Positions 22,596-31,557 of a DNA stretch of 64,000 nucleotides are shown here, piece after piece. The DNA is taken from positions 32,001 to 96,000 of the IMG/VR virus record IMGVR_UViG_3300020577_007160. The stretch is one strand, 5' to 3'. A program made the position numbers and the translations under genes. The notes under the pieces were generated by a model. It was not told the origin of the DNA. It did not search any database and worked only from the letters and a program-made list of their open reading frames with translations. This DNA comes from a virus. Taxonomy: Duplodnaviria > Caudoviricetes. Position 1 is the stretch's first letter. Each line of letters begins with the position of its first letter.

Positions 22596-23393
22596 TCAGG
22601 ATATTGCTAAAGAATCTTCATTCAAATTAAATACGGTTTTCATCACATGCTTGATTGTTTTTTCGAATTTCCAAACAATATTGGAATCGAAGTCAAGAAT
22701 ACGCCCAAGAACAACCATGGGAATATAACCCTCTTTCATATTTCGTTGGCGTTTCAACGACTCACGATACGTGTTAAACTTGTCACCAGTTTCAGGACTA
22801 GGTTCAACCAGTTCCTGAAAGAAATAAGTAATTCCTGGCAACTTTTCTTCGTATTTTTCAAGATACGAAAGAGCAGTTTCTACAAATATCTTTGTTGATA
22901 TTTCGTTCTCGCAGGAATGGGAATGAAGATAATAATCGAACGTTCCCAAACTTCCAGAGTCTTCCTCAGAGGAATCAGAACCAATACTGGTTGATTCCAA
23001 CATTGTTACGTTGCGAGAATCATCACGCACGATTGACGCACGAATTTTATCGGAAACGAAATTAATAAGAACTGAGCGCAAAGATGTGAAACGCAATTCT
23101 TCTGGATCATTCACCATCACGTCATCCATATTGGACAGGTTGGAAAACGCTTTTAGATAGAGTTCCTGCATCGCATCTTCATATGAGAGAATTCGATTCT
23201 CCATACGATGTGCTTGTTTGGCCAAGAAAGAGGAGTTTGTTGAAACAAAATTCGAGAACATTGATGCTGCATTCATCGTTGATCCTATAAGAAAATTTGG
23301 AAAGAGTGAATTTTTAGAACTTCCACAAGAAATTCTTGGACTAACTTCGCGCTTTTTCCAATACGAAGCAAATTTATTTTTGCAAAACCACAA
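22596..23393 (-). CDS. ECF-like RNA polymerase sigma factor (start probably MNAASMF)
   Basis: Region 2 pattern LAKQAHR...EDAMQELYLKAF...LRSVLINFVSDKIR. Confidence 0.6.
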   Translation of the reverse strand: MWFCKNKFASYWKKREVSPRISCGSSKNSLFPNFLIGSTMNAASMFSNFVSTNSSFLAKQAHRMENRILSYEDAMQELYLKAFSNLSNMDDVMVNDPEELRFTSLRSVLINFVSDKIRASIVRDDSRNVTMLESTSIGSDSSEEDSGSLGTFDYYLHSHSCENEISTKIFVETALSYLEKYEEKLPGITYFFQELVEPSPETGDKFNTYRESLKRQRNMKEGYIPMVVLGRILDFDSNIVWKFEKTIKHVMKTVFNLNEDSLAIS

Positions 23394-23470
23394 GATTTCT
23401 TCAAAAAAGTTTAGAAAAGTTCTGATTTTGGCTCAAAACGCACCTAAAATTTTGTTCTCAGCATCTAAAA

Positions 23471-24367
23471 TTACTGCCGGAACATTAGGAATGGTAACTG
23501 TTCCGGCTTGAAAACCTGAGATTTTTCACAAGCGGATTTGAAAATTTCAGGAGAAACTTCATTTGGGTCACCGTCCAAACCCACCACCACACCTGCATTG
23601 CAGCCGTACCGCAAGAACGTATTACGCACACGCTCGCGGTCTTTAATAGAAACATCTGGATCCAAGCAAACGAGAACTGTTTTGAACCTATAGGAGATTT
23701 GTTGATACTGCGAGAATGACAGTTTTTTACCCAAAACTGCTATACCGGATTCTCCAGCTGCAATTGCGGAGAAGCAACCTTCGCACAAAATACAATGATC
23801 TGTTGTCACGTTATTGATATTGTAAACGATATCAGTTTTGGGAACAGCAGCATTCACATACTTTGGGATAGCATGACGGTAGGAACGAGCAGTAAAATAT
23901 ATAATAGAAGAATTTTTGTATTCAGGTATAACAATTCTTTCTTTGAGATTATTCTTTCCAGATAATAACTTATAATGATTTATCTGATCTTCCGTTATGT
24001 TTCGAGAACAAAGATACTCAAAAGCATCTGACCCTCGAACAATTGGATCCCCGATTTCAGATTGTTCAAATACAATTGGTTTCCTGAATTCTGGAAAACT
24101 TAGTTTTGATAATCTGTTTTTTATATTTGTCAAATCATATCGGTCAATGTCCAAGTGGAGGTCAATCAAGGAATCGAGATCTTTGAGTTCTCCTTGGACA
24201 CCACATCGAAAACAATAATAAAAATTCTTAAATATGTTGACTAATAAATGATTCTGAGTATCTGCTCTTTCTTCAAAAGGTTTTTCAGTTTTCCGGTATT
24301 GACAATAGGGACAACACGTATAAACCTTTCCACCTGAGGCACGAACCTTATCAAAATCTATAGTCAC
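23471..24367 (-). CDS. DNA primase (Zn finger plus TOPRIM)
   Basis: CPYC...CFRCG, YLCSRNI, RIVIP, LCEGCFSA, CLDPD. Confidence 0.9.
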   Translation of the reverse strand: MTIDFDKVRASGGKVYTCCPYCQYRKTEKPFEERADTQNHLLVNIFKNFYYCFRCGVQGELKDLDSLIDLHLDIDRYDLTNIKNRLSKLSFPEFRKPIVFEQSEIGDPIVRGSDAFEYLCSRNITEDQINHYKLLSGKNNLKERIVIPEYKNSSIIYFTARSYRHAIPKYVNAAVPKTDIVYNINNVTTDHCILCEGCFSAIAAGESGIAVLGKKLSFSQYQQISYRFKTVLVCLDPDVSIKDRERVRNTFLRYGCNAGVVVGLDGDPNEVSPEIFKSACEKSQVFKPEQLPFLMFRQ

Positions 24368-25074
24368 TGAGCCAATCCTTCTGCTAATTCTTTCACAATG
24401 AAACGAACAATATCTGAATTCGCATATATAAAATCAAATTTAGAATTTGTTATTATTCCTAGTCCTGACTTGGATATTGGACGAATTAAGGAATTACCTG
24501 ATTTTATTTCTTCAAATGTATAAAATAATAATTCTAAGTAATCACAGAACTTTATTATAAGATCAAGTTCATTCACAAATTCCTTATAAAGTTCTTGATC
24601 TATAGTACTAGGATCAGCGAATAACCCACAAAAATATTTCAGTCTTGAATTAACTTCCTCTGGAGTATTTGAAAAATCTAATAACAAAGGCAATTCATCC
24701 GCGAAACATGATGACGTAAAACATTCTAATATATAATCTCGTTCTCCTGAATTCTCAAAAAATTCTGAATTCTTAAACGTATAAACTATATCCCCTGTTA
24801 CAGATTCCCCAAGGTCATGGTATAGTGAAGACTTAAGTACATATAATTCTCCAATTGCTAATATATTTGAATCCTCTATTTTAGAATTAAAATAGAACAA
24901 CAAAGATTTATAAACCAATGAAGCTAAAATAGAAACATTATAAGAATGCTCTGCTACTGATTGGGACTTATTTGTTCGAACTAAAGAATATCGCTGAATA
25001 TTATTCAGATTTCTTGAAAGAAAGATATTATCAACAATGTTAGCCATAGCAGTAAAACAATAGTAATTAAACAA
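24364..25074 (-). CDS. HD-domain deoxynucleotide phosphohydrolase (YfbR-like)
   Basis: QRY...QSVAEHSY, HDLGESVTGDI, KFCDYLE. Confidence 0.85.
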   Translation of the reverse strand: MFNYYCFTAMANIVDNIFLSRNLNNIQRYSLVRTNKSQSVAEHSYNVSILASLVYKSLLFYFNSKIEDSNILAIGELYVLKSSLYHDLGESVTGDIVYTFKNSEFFENSGERDYILECFTSSCFADELPLLLDFSNTPEEVNSRLKYFCGLFADPSTIDQELYKEFVNELDLIIKFCDYLELLFYTFEEIKSGNSLIRPISKSGLGIITNSKFDFIYANSDIVRFIVKELAEGLAQ

Positions 25075-25085
25075 CTTTACTAAAA

Positions 25086-25136
25086 GAACGTCTAATGGTC
25101 TATAAAAAGAAAATGCCTATCGATCGATAGGCATTT
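25086..25136 (-). promoter_or_regulatory. Terminator (25111-25136) plus motif A (25086-25107)
   Basis: aaatgcctatcgatcgataggcattt; GAACGT-N11-TAAAA. Confidence 0.75.
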
Positions 25137-25171
25137 AAATAAATATATACTAATTTAGTTAGTATTTCAAA

Positions 25172-25537
25172 TCAAAGAAAGAACTCATCATCTTCATAAT
25201 GAAATCTAGAATTCGTACCTTCTATAACAGAAAATACAAAATTTTCTAAATAATAATTTAATTTTCCAACTTGACTAGAAGTTAATCTTAAATCAGAATT
25301 TCTCTCTGATTGGTACTTTAAATATTTCCAAAAAGAAGCAAGATATTCTTTTTGATCCTCATCCGCCAACTTTAAAAATTCAATTTTATGTTTAACTGTT
25401 AGACTTTGATGCTCTGCTACTAACCAACTTAATACTTTATTTAAAGTAGTTGTGTAACTTGATTCTTTGACCCCTACTTTTCTTTCAAGTTTCTCTAATC
25501 TCTCCATGAGAGATAAAGACGATCTTCTGTTGGTCAT
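25172..25537 (-). CDS. Leader-family protein
   Basis: MTNRRSSLSLMERLEKLERKVGVKES. Confidence 0.8.
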   Translation of the reverse strand: MTNRRSSLSLMERLEKLERKVGVKESSYTTTLNKVLSWLVAEHQSLTVKHKIEFLKLADEDQKEYLASFWKYLKYQSERNSDLRLTSSQVGKLNYYLENFVFSVIEGTNSRFHYEDDEFFL

Positions 25538-25582
25538 TGTTGACTCTTTCTAATATATTGTTGAATTGAAAACTATATAACT
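25476..25582 (-). repeat. Motif B plus leader-coding repeat, type II copy
   Basis: About 107 bp near-identical to 29867-29973 and similar to 31448-31552. Confidence 0.85.
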
Positions 25583-25598
25583 AATATATATAGAATCA

Positions 25599-26912
25599 TT
25601 AATTATCTTCTTTTTCTAGTATTCGAGAATGTTCTAACTTCGTTGTCAAAAACACAGATTCATTTTCTATCCCTTTTCGCATTTTGGCAGTGTATGCTCT
25701 CATTTGATTTAATACCTTTTCTTCCGCTGTTTGATTCAGAGAAATAATCCCATGGGCAAGGTGTGCTTTTTTCGAGGATTCAGCTAGATCCCCTTTCGTG
25801 ATTGTATCCTTATTCCAAGCATCAACCTTGGGCTGTGAAGCACTCAACACAGGACAATTATAAGAAACTGCAAGGGATATTAAATCTGAATATAAGTTCC
25901 CACGCTCTTCATATGAATTCTGATTTTTACTATTCTCAGTATTCAGAGAATTCATATTATCCGCATAATCAATGATTATTAAATCAGGTTCAAATCCATA
26001 ATTATATTTCAATCGGTATAAATGGGATTTAATAGCGGAAACCGTTACAGTATGAGGATCAAAATACTTAATGAAAAACATCCCACAATCTTCAAATACT
26101 TTGAATTTTTCCAAGAGGACATGTGAAGGTAATTTCAAAACATCGTCATGACTCAGTTCTGCAATATTAGAAACATGTTTAAATTCTATTTCTACCTCAG
26201 GGACTTCTAAAGTATAAAATACAACCCTCTTTTTTGCCATTATATTATAAGCAGAAACATTAGAAAGAAATGTTGTTTTCCCTCTGCCTGGTGGTGCGAC
26301 CACAATATAAAGAAATTTTCGGAACATTCCTCCTAACATTTTTTTATCTAATTTAGGATAACCCGTTGATATACTATTTTTGACAGCATACTCTTCGCTG
26401 TATCGGGATTGAAGAGTATTGACATTGCTATTAAAATATAATCCATAGGATAAGGGCTTACCAATAGATATTGAATCCTGAATAATGGAAATTGCATCTT
26501 CTAAATTTCCACCCCTTTCAAGAATTGAAACAACACGAGATAACCCTTGCTTCAAGGATTGTTCCTGAATAAATCGAAGAACATAATCTACAACGTCTTC
26601 GATTTTATCAACATCCATATAAAATATTTCATCCATCAAAGATAAAATACTTTCAATTGTATCCTGTTGAGTTTCTGTTTGTTTTAAATTTCGGGTAATG
26701 AATCGTGCAAATGAATCCTTGTCAGGTAAGTAATTCCATTCGTTGACAAAAAATACAAGATTCTTGCATATAATCTGAAAATAAAAATGAGTGAAATAAC
26801 TTGGCTTTATTAAATCCAACCCATAAGAAAATAAAAATTTTGGGTCTCTTGTCATCATGGCCAGAATTTTTTTCTGGTAATTAACATCAAAATTAAACTT
26901 TGTTTCAATCAT
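25599..26912 (-). CDS. dnaB: DnaB-like replicative helicase
   Basis: TGYPKLD, APPGRGKT, YTLE, IIIDYAD, SASQ, LAES. Confidence 0.9.
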   Translation of the reverse strand: MIETKFNFDVNYQKKILAMMTRDPKFLFSYGLDLIKPSYFTHFYFQIICKNLVFFVNEWNYLPDKDSFARFITRNLKQTETQQDTIESILSLMDEIFYMDVDKIEDVVDYVLRFIQEQSLKQGLSRVVSILERGGNLEDAISIIQDSISIGKPLSYGLYFNSNVNTLQSRYSEEYAVKNSISTGYPKLDKKMLGGMFRKFLYIVVAPPGRGKTTFLSNVSAYNIMAKKRVVFYTLEVPEVEIEFKHVSNIAELSHDDVLKLPSHVLLEKFKVFEDCGMFFIKYFDPHTVTVSAIKSHLYRLKYNYGFEPDLIIIDYADNMNSLNTENSKNQNSYEERGNLYSDLISLAVSYNCPVLSASQPKVDAWNKDTITKGDLAESSKKAHLAHGIISLNQTAEEKVLNQMRAYTAKMRKGIENESVFLTTKLEHSRILEKEDN

Positions 26913-26982
26913 TACTATAATTCTCTCTATGATTTAATATCTCTATTTTCTTGTGTAAAATATCTGAACGAGTTCAACATTA

Positions 26983-28044
26983 TTAGATTTTTAGATCTTC
27001 ATAGATTTCTAACTCAGGTAATGTTCCAGTTTCTAAAAACGTCTCCATTTTCTTCTTTGATATTCTTGCATTCTTAGAATTGAATCCTGATAACAATCTT
27101 TCTTTGCGATAATCCCAGAATATCTTGAATTCAATTCCTGGCCATGGATCCTGTTCTACCTGACGAATTTCCTCAGCCTGACGATCCAGGTAATATCCAA
27201 GATATCTTCCACTCCGCTTACGAAACAGTTTCTTGAATGAACATAATGCAGTTTCCATACGAAAATAATTCACGTCATGGGCAACATCTGGATATCTTCT
27301 TTTGATTTCCCTGATGATACCATCAGCCTTATTTTGAAGATAGGAAACTTTATCATTGTCATACTTGATATCCCTATAGAACTTCTTATTATCCTCATAG
27401 TAGCGACTTGTCCATTCATCCTTCCCAACCACTAGGCACATGCCATTCCGATGAGAGTCGCTGCCAGAATCCTCAAATAACAGACTCGTGGGTTCTATTG
27501 GTAATCCAACGCATTCCGCTAATGCCTGGCAGTAATACCAGGACATGTATCTGCCGAATTTATGAAATTTGGTCTTTGCAAAATTAAATACTTTCTTATA
27601 ATTCTCTTTTTTATCTTGGGAAGAACATAAAGCCATGAACGTATCCAATTGGTTTTCCCCAACAGCTTCTTTATATGATAAATACATTTCTGGTAAATAA
27701 CCCTTTGCGTAACGAGTATCAGTTTGATAGCGTAAATGATTATAATTTTTAGTATTCCAAATCATTAATCTTTCAATATTAACATTCTCATAATCTGGTA
27801 TCTCATTCCAAATACAATATGATGTTACAGGTTGATATGTACAACCATAAAGAAATACAATCCAAAATTTTTGTTCTATGTTGTATTCCTGCCGATCAAA
27901 AATGTAATTTAATAACGCTATTGGTGGGTCAACATCAGTGGTTCTCAATCCCCAAACAAACCATCGTATGAATGCTTCTATTCTATTTTCTCTGAGTCGA
28001 AAATCTAAACCAGTTTCCATTCTTTTATCATTGTATTGAGGCAT
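26983..28044 (-). CDS. aGPT-Pplase2 family amino acid:DNA transferase (thymidine hypermodification)
   Basis: DVDP, FWIVFLYGCTY, QTDTRY, FGRYMSWYY, SHRNG, ETALCSFKK, RYLGYYLDRQ. Confidence 0.75.
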   Translation of the reverse strand: MPQYNDKRMETGLDFRLRENRIEAFIRWFVWGLRTTDVDPPIALLNYIFDRQEYNIEQKFWIVFLYGCTYQPVTSYCIWNEIPDYENVNIERLMIWNTKNYNHLRYQTDTRYAKGYLPEMYLSYKEAVGENQLDTFMALCSSQDKKENYKKVFNFAKTKFHKFGRYMSWYYCQALAECVGLPIEPTSLLFEDSGSDSHRNGMCLVVGKDEWTSRYYEDNKKFYRDIKYDNDKVSYLQNKADGIIREIKRRYPDVAHDVNYFRMETALCSFKKLFRKRSGRYLGYYLDRQAEEIRQVEQDPWPGIEFKIFWDYRKERLLSGFNSKNARISKKKMETFLETGTLPELEIYEDLKI

Positions 28045-28466
28045 TCATTAATTTGATCTAAAACAATATGAGCAATTTCATTGCCACTTATCCAAGCAGG
28101 ATCTTCAATACCATTATATTTCCCCTGAGAAAAACTAGCTAAAGATACTAATTTGTCAGTACATTCCGGGAAATCTTTTATCATATCTTCCTTGTGTCCA
28201 GGTATCATATAAAGAATCTTATCTGACCATTCAATCAATTCCTTTGTTACATGTTTTGATCGATGATCCTTGACCCCAATATGGATATCATAAGATTTTA
28301 ATGCTTCTCGAATTTTCTTTCCCATAGGAGACTTCTGACCAGAACATTTGAACTTTGTTCCTGCGGAATCTACTTTGTGATCCGTTCCTTTGAGCATAGC
28401 TTCTGCCATATAATGGGCTGCAGCAGAACGATTTTTGTTACCAGTACAAATCATTAAAATATTCAT
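28005..28466 (-). CDS. Low-molecular-weight PTP/ArsC-family phosphatase
   Basis: ILMICTGNKNRS (CX5R), DSAGT, IEDP. Confidence 0.9.
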   Translation of the reverse strand: MNILMICTGNKNRSAAAHYMAEAMLKGTDHKVDSAGTKFKCSGQKSPMGKKIREALKSYDIHIGVKDHRSKHVTKELIEWSDKILYMIPGHKEDMIKDFPECTDKLVSLASFSQGKYNGIEDPAWISGNEIAHIVLDQINECLNTMIKEWKLV

Positions 28467-29410
28467 AATCCTAAATCTTCCTTTTTTAATTTTCCTTCAG
28501 AAATTAGTTTGTCATAATTCGCCTTTGCAACTGGTCTGGAATTATGATAAATATTTGTCATTTGAAATATTTTATCAAGTTCATAATTATAGGGGTGAAA
28601 TTCCTGAAATCCATGTTCAGAAAATTCAGAAATTAATTCTTGAGGTGTTAATTGAAATTCAGAAAATACTGCTGATAAAAATCTGGAAGGATAGGATAAA
28701 GCATTATACATTTTATTGAGATCCCTTGACATTGTGAAATGTCGAAATTCAATTGTTTCTGTTTCAGAAAATACTTGCTTCAAATTGACTGCTTCTCTGA
28801 CAACAAGATGCCATAACAACTTGCCAGACTTGTCTTTTGCTGCATGAGCCTCATAAAATTCCTGAGGTGTTTTAGCCAACATCATTTTGGTAAAAACATT
28901 CTTTGGAACAACATAATGATGTGAACGCTTACGACGCTTATAACGTTCCCATGCACCTTTGTATTCTGCTTCAGAAGAATAATCAGATTTAATTGGAACT
29001 GGTATTGGTTCAATTAAATTATAAAGTTCTTTTCCATAAAATTGTGTGTATTTTGCTATTCGTTTTAAAGCGGGTAAATTGTTTTTCAATCCAGGTATAT
29101 GGATATGAACATGAAGATTCGTAGTGAAATTGAAATATTTGTCTCTATTGTTATCTTCTAAAATACCAAATGTATCATAAATACCTTTTACAATATCTAA
29201 TAACTTACTTGGAGTAGATGCTATTGATGTTTGGATTTCACCACCAAATTTATTAAATTCATGCTTTGGGTCATTTGCTGTTCCATTAACAGAATTCATT
29301 ATTGAACCATCTTTCGTACAGAACTTACTACCCTCTGGTAGTTTAGTACGAACATCAATATCCCCAATTTCGAGTTCACAACCCAAACTATAATTTGTTA
29401 AATCTAACAT
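28463..29410 (-). CDS. Putative amidoligase (COOH-NH2 ligase fold)
   Basis: GCELE, DGSI, GGEIQT, LHVHI, VNL, TIEFRHF. Confidence 0.75.
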   Translation of the reverse strand: MLDLTNYSLGCELEIGDIDVRTKLPEGSKFCTKDGSIMNSVNGTANDPKHEFNKFGGEIQTSIASTPSKLLDIVKGIYDTFGILEDNNRDKYFNFTTNLHVHIHIPGLKNNLPALKRIAKYTQFYGKELYNLIEPIPVPIKSDYSSEAEYKGAWERYKRRKRSHHYVVPKNVFTKMMLAKTPQEFYEAHAAKDKSGKLLWHLVVREAVNLKQVFSETETIEFRHFTMSRDLNKMYNALSYPSRFLSAVFSEFQLTPQELISEFSEHGFQEFHPYNYELDKIFQMTNIYHNSRPVAKANYDKLISEGKLKKEDLGL

Positions 29411-29444
29411 AATCCCTTTTGTATATTCTTTTAAGTTTTCAACA

Positions 29445-29496
29445 GAACGATTAAAACTTTATAAAAAATAAATGCCTATCACTAGATAGGCATTTA
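29445..29496 (-). promoter_or_regulatory. Terminator (29469-29496) plus motif A (29445-29466)
   Basis: taaatgcctatc-acta-gataggcattta; GAACGA-N11-TAAAA. Confidence 0.75.
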
Positions 29497-29520
29497 AATA
29501 CAAAACCAGAATATTAAAAT

Positions 29521-29928
29521 CTAAACATTAAATGGATATTTTTCAAGATCTATTTCTGCCAATTTTTTAAATTTTTGACCTTTGAAAAAGAATACACGAG
29601 GATCTTTAATTTTAGTTACACTAATGAATTTATTCACTGCTAAAATAAAAGATTTAAATTCCTTTGTATCCTGATTACCCTCATCATCCTCTTTACAAAA
29701 ATTCCATTTTTTAGATCCTTGAAGATCTCTATAAACACTATAAATTATATTTTTTGCCTCATCTATGTAACATATTCCAATATTTCCAAATAATAATTCA
29801 TCCCAATAAGTGTTGAAATGATACTTCCCAACATTACTTATTGTTTCTGTTATAAAGTCTTCATTCACTTTTCTTTCGAGTTTCTCTAGTCTCTCCACAA
29901 GAGATAAAGATGATCTTCTGTTGATCAT
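29521..29928 (-). CDS. Leader-family protein
   Basis: MINRRSSLSLVERLEKLERKVNED. Confidence 0.8.
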   Translation of the reverse strand: MINRRSSLSLVERLEKLERKVNEDFITETISNVGKYHFNTYWDELLFGNIGICYIDEAKNIIYSVYRDLQGSKKWNFCKEDDEGNQDTKEFKSFILAVNKFISVTKIKDPRVFFFKGQKFKKLAEIDLEKYPFNV

Positions 29929-29973
29929 TGTTGATTCTTTCTAAGATATTGTTGAATTGAAAACTATATAACT
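29867..29973 (-). repeat. Motif B plus leader-coding repeat, type II copy
   Basis: Near-identical to 25476-25582. Confidence 0.85.
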
Positions 29974-30007
29974 TAGTTCATAAATTATGAACAATCTTTT
30001 AAATCAC

Positions 30008-30712
30008 TTACAATCTAATATTCTGGTAATCAATACCAATATCAACCGAATAAGAAGAAACTAATGAAAAATCTGATTCAGATAATATATATAACTCTCC
30101 AGCATTTAACTGAATTAAATTCTCATTTATGCCAGACCTTTTAAAGACTTCCTGAGTAGAAGAAACAATAATAGAATCGTCACGCTGGCATGACCATGCT
30201 GGTCTTGTTGAATTCCGAAAAGAAAACATTTTACCATGTTTCCATAATCCTACCACAGCCATTGATGCTCTTGGAAACCGCTGGATTACATTGATTCCCT
30301 TTTGTAGGTAATTATGAATTATTTCAGCATCATTAGTTGTTACAGGTTCAATATCATATAACTCTTTCCAATATTTGGGATCTGCCTGAGTCAATACTCC
30401 GTTCATAGCAACGGAAAGATTATTGCCAATATCTATTGGTTGATTGTGTTCTAAGCCAGAAGTAGAATATCGAGAATGACCAATTAATGAAATTAATTCT
30501 GAAGACAATAAATCTTGTTTGATCGTAGAAAAATGTTTCTCTAAAAAAGATTTTCCATCGGTTGGCTCTATGAGAGTCTTAATTTTATTATCAAATAAAT
30601 AGGAAACACCCGTTGCATGTTTTCCACGTATGCTATTTTCTACTATAAAATTAGATATCAACTCAATATTATTGAGAGATGACTTTCCTTTGAAAGCTAA
30701 AATAGAACACAT
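30008..30712 (-). CDS. Class II (Ntn) glutamine amidotransferase
   Basis: N-terminal Cys (MCSI), RGKHATG, GHSRYST, NQP, MNGVL. Confidence 0.85.
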   Translation of the reverse strand: MCSILAFKGKSSLNNIELISNFIVENSIRGKHATGVSYLFDNKIKTLIEPTDGKSFLEKHFSTIKQDLLSSELISLIGHSRYSTSGLEHNQPIDIGNNLSVAMNGVLTQADPKYWKELYDIEPVTTNDAEIIHNYLQKGINVIQRFPRASMAVVGLWKHGKMFSFRNSTRPAWSCQRDDSIIVSSTQEVFKRSGINENLIQLNAGELYILSESDFSLVSSYSVDIGIDYQNIRL

Positions 30713-30785
30713 ATTATCAATAAATTAAATTTTAAATACAAATGAAAAATAACGCTCCAACAACTAGAACTGTAGCATAAATTTA

Positions 30786-30838
30786 GAACGTGAAATACTC
30801 TATAAAAATAAATATGCCCTTTGTATAAAGGGCATATT
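30786..30838 (-). promoter_or_regulatory. Terminator (30811-30838) plus motif A (30786-30807)
   Basis: aatatgcccttt-gtat-aaagggcatatt; GAACGT-N11-TAAAA. Confidence 0.75.
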
Positions 30839-30870
30839 AAACTTCAGAAATTCATTTCTATCAAATTGAA

Positions 30871-31509
30871 TCAAACAACTTCAAAAGATATAAATTCATG
30901 TTTTAATAAATTTTTTCTTTTAAGATCCTCTGCTTCTTTTATAGAATTCAAAAGATAAGAATTACCATAAGAACCCTGATCACTTAATTCAAAATTAAAA
31001 AGAAGAAATTCCTCCTCAGAAAAACTATCAGAAAAATCTCTAAAACGTATATCTCTTAATAAATAAATCTGTTCTTCTTCCATTAACTTTGCATTTATGG
31101 CATCTATAAAGGATTCTGAAGTAAGATTACCAAAATCTTCATCATCAAAAATAGTGTCTATGATCTTGTCTACTCTTTTAAGATATTTTTTTAAAACCAA
31201 ATCATTTTTAATAGGTAAAATTTTATTTGGTCTAATTGGGCTAATACCATCTATTTTCAATATTCCAGCATTCATTAATTTATAATAATAGTCTTCCGCT
31301 TCCTTTTTTGTTTCAAAAAATTTTATAAGATCTGCAGGACTATCTTCAGCTTGTGGGCGGACTCGATAAAGGAATAATTTACAATAATTATTCCCATAAT
31401 AAAAAGTTGCATAAGTATATTTTACCTTATTATTTTCACGAATATCTACTTTTCTTTCGAGTCTACTTAGTCTCTCTGTAAGAGAGAGAGTTGTTCTTCT
31501 ATTAATCAT
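30871..31509 (-). CDS. Leader-family protein
   Basis: MINRRTTLSLTERLSRLERKVDIREN; motif B at 31530-31552. Confidence 0.8.
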   Translation of the reverse strand: MINRRTTLSLTERLSRLERKVDIRENNKVKYTYATFYYGNNYCKLFLYRVRPQAEDSPADLIKFFETKKEAEDYYYKLMNAGILKIDGISPIRPNKILPIKNDLVLKKYLKRVDKIIDTIFDDEDFGNLTSESFIDAINAKLMEEEQIYLLRDIRFRDFSDSFSEEEFLLFNFELSDQGSYGNSYLLNSIKEAEDLKRKNLLKHEFISFEVV

Positions 31510-31557
31510 TGTTGATTCTTTCTACTATTGTTGAATTGAAAACTATATAACTCTCTT

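Noticed and set aside
23340-23420. Bacteroidota-type promoter (TAAATTTG) upstream of the sigma-like gene
   Set aside because: The -7-like element is present but spacing to a TTTG element does not fit well; too weak to call.
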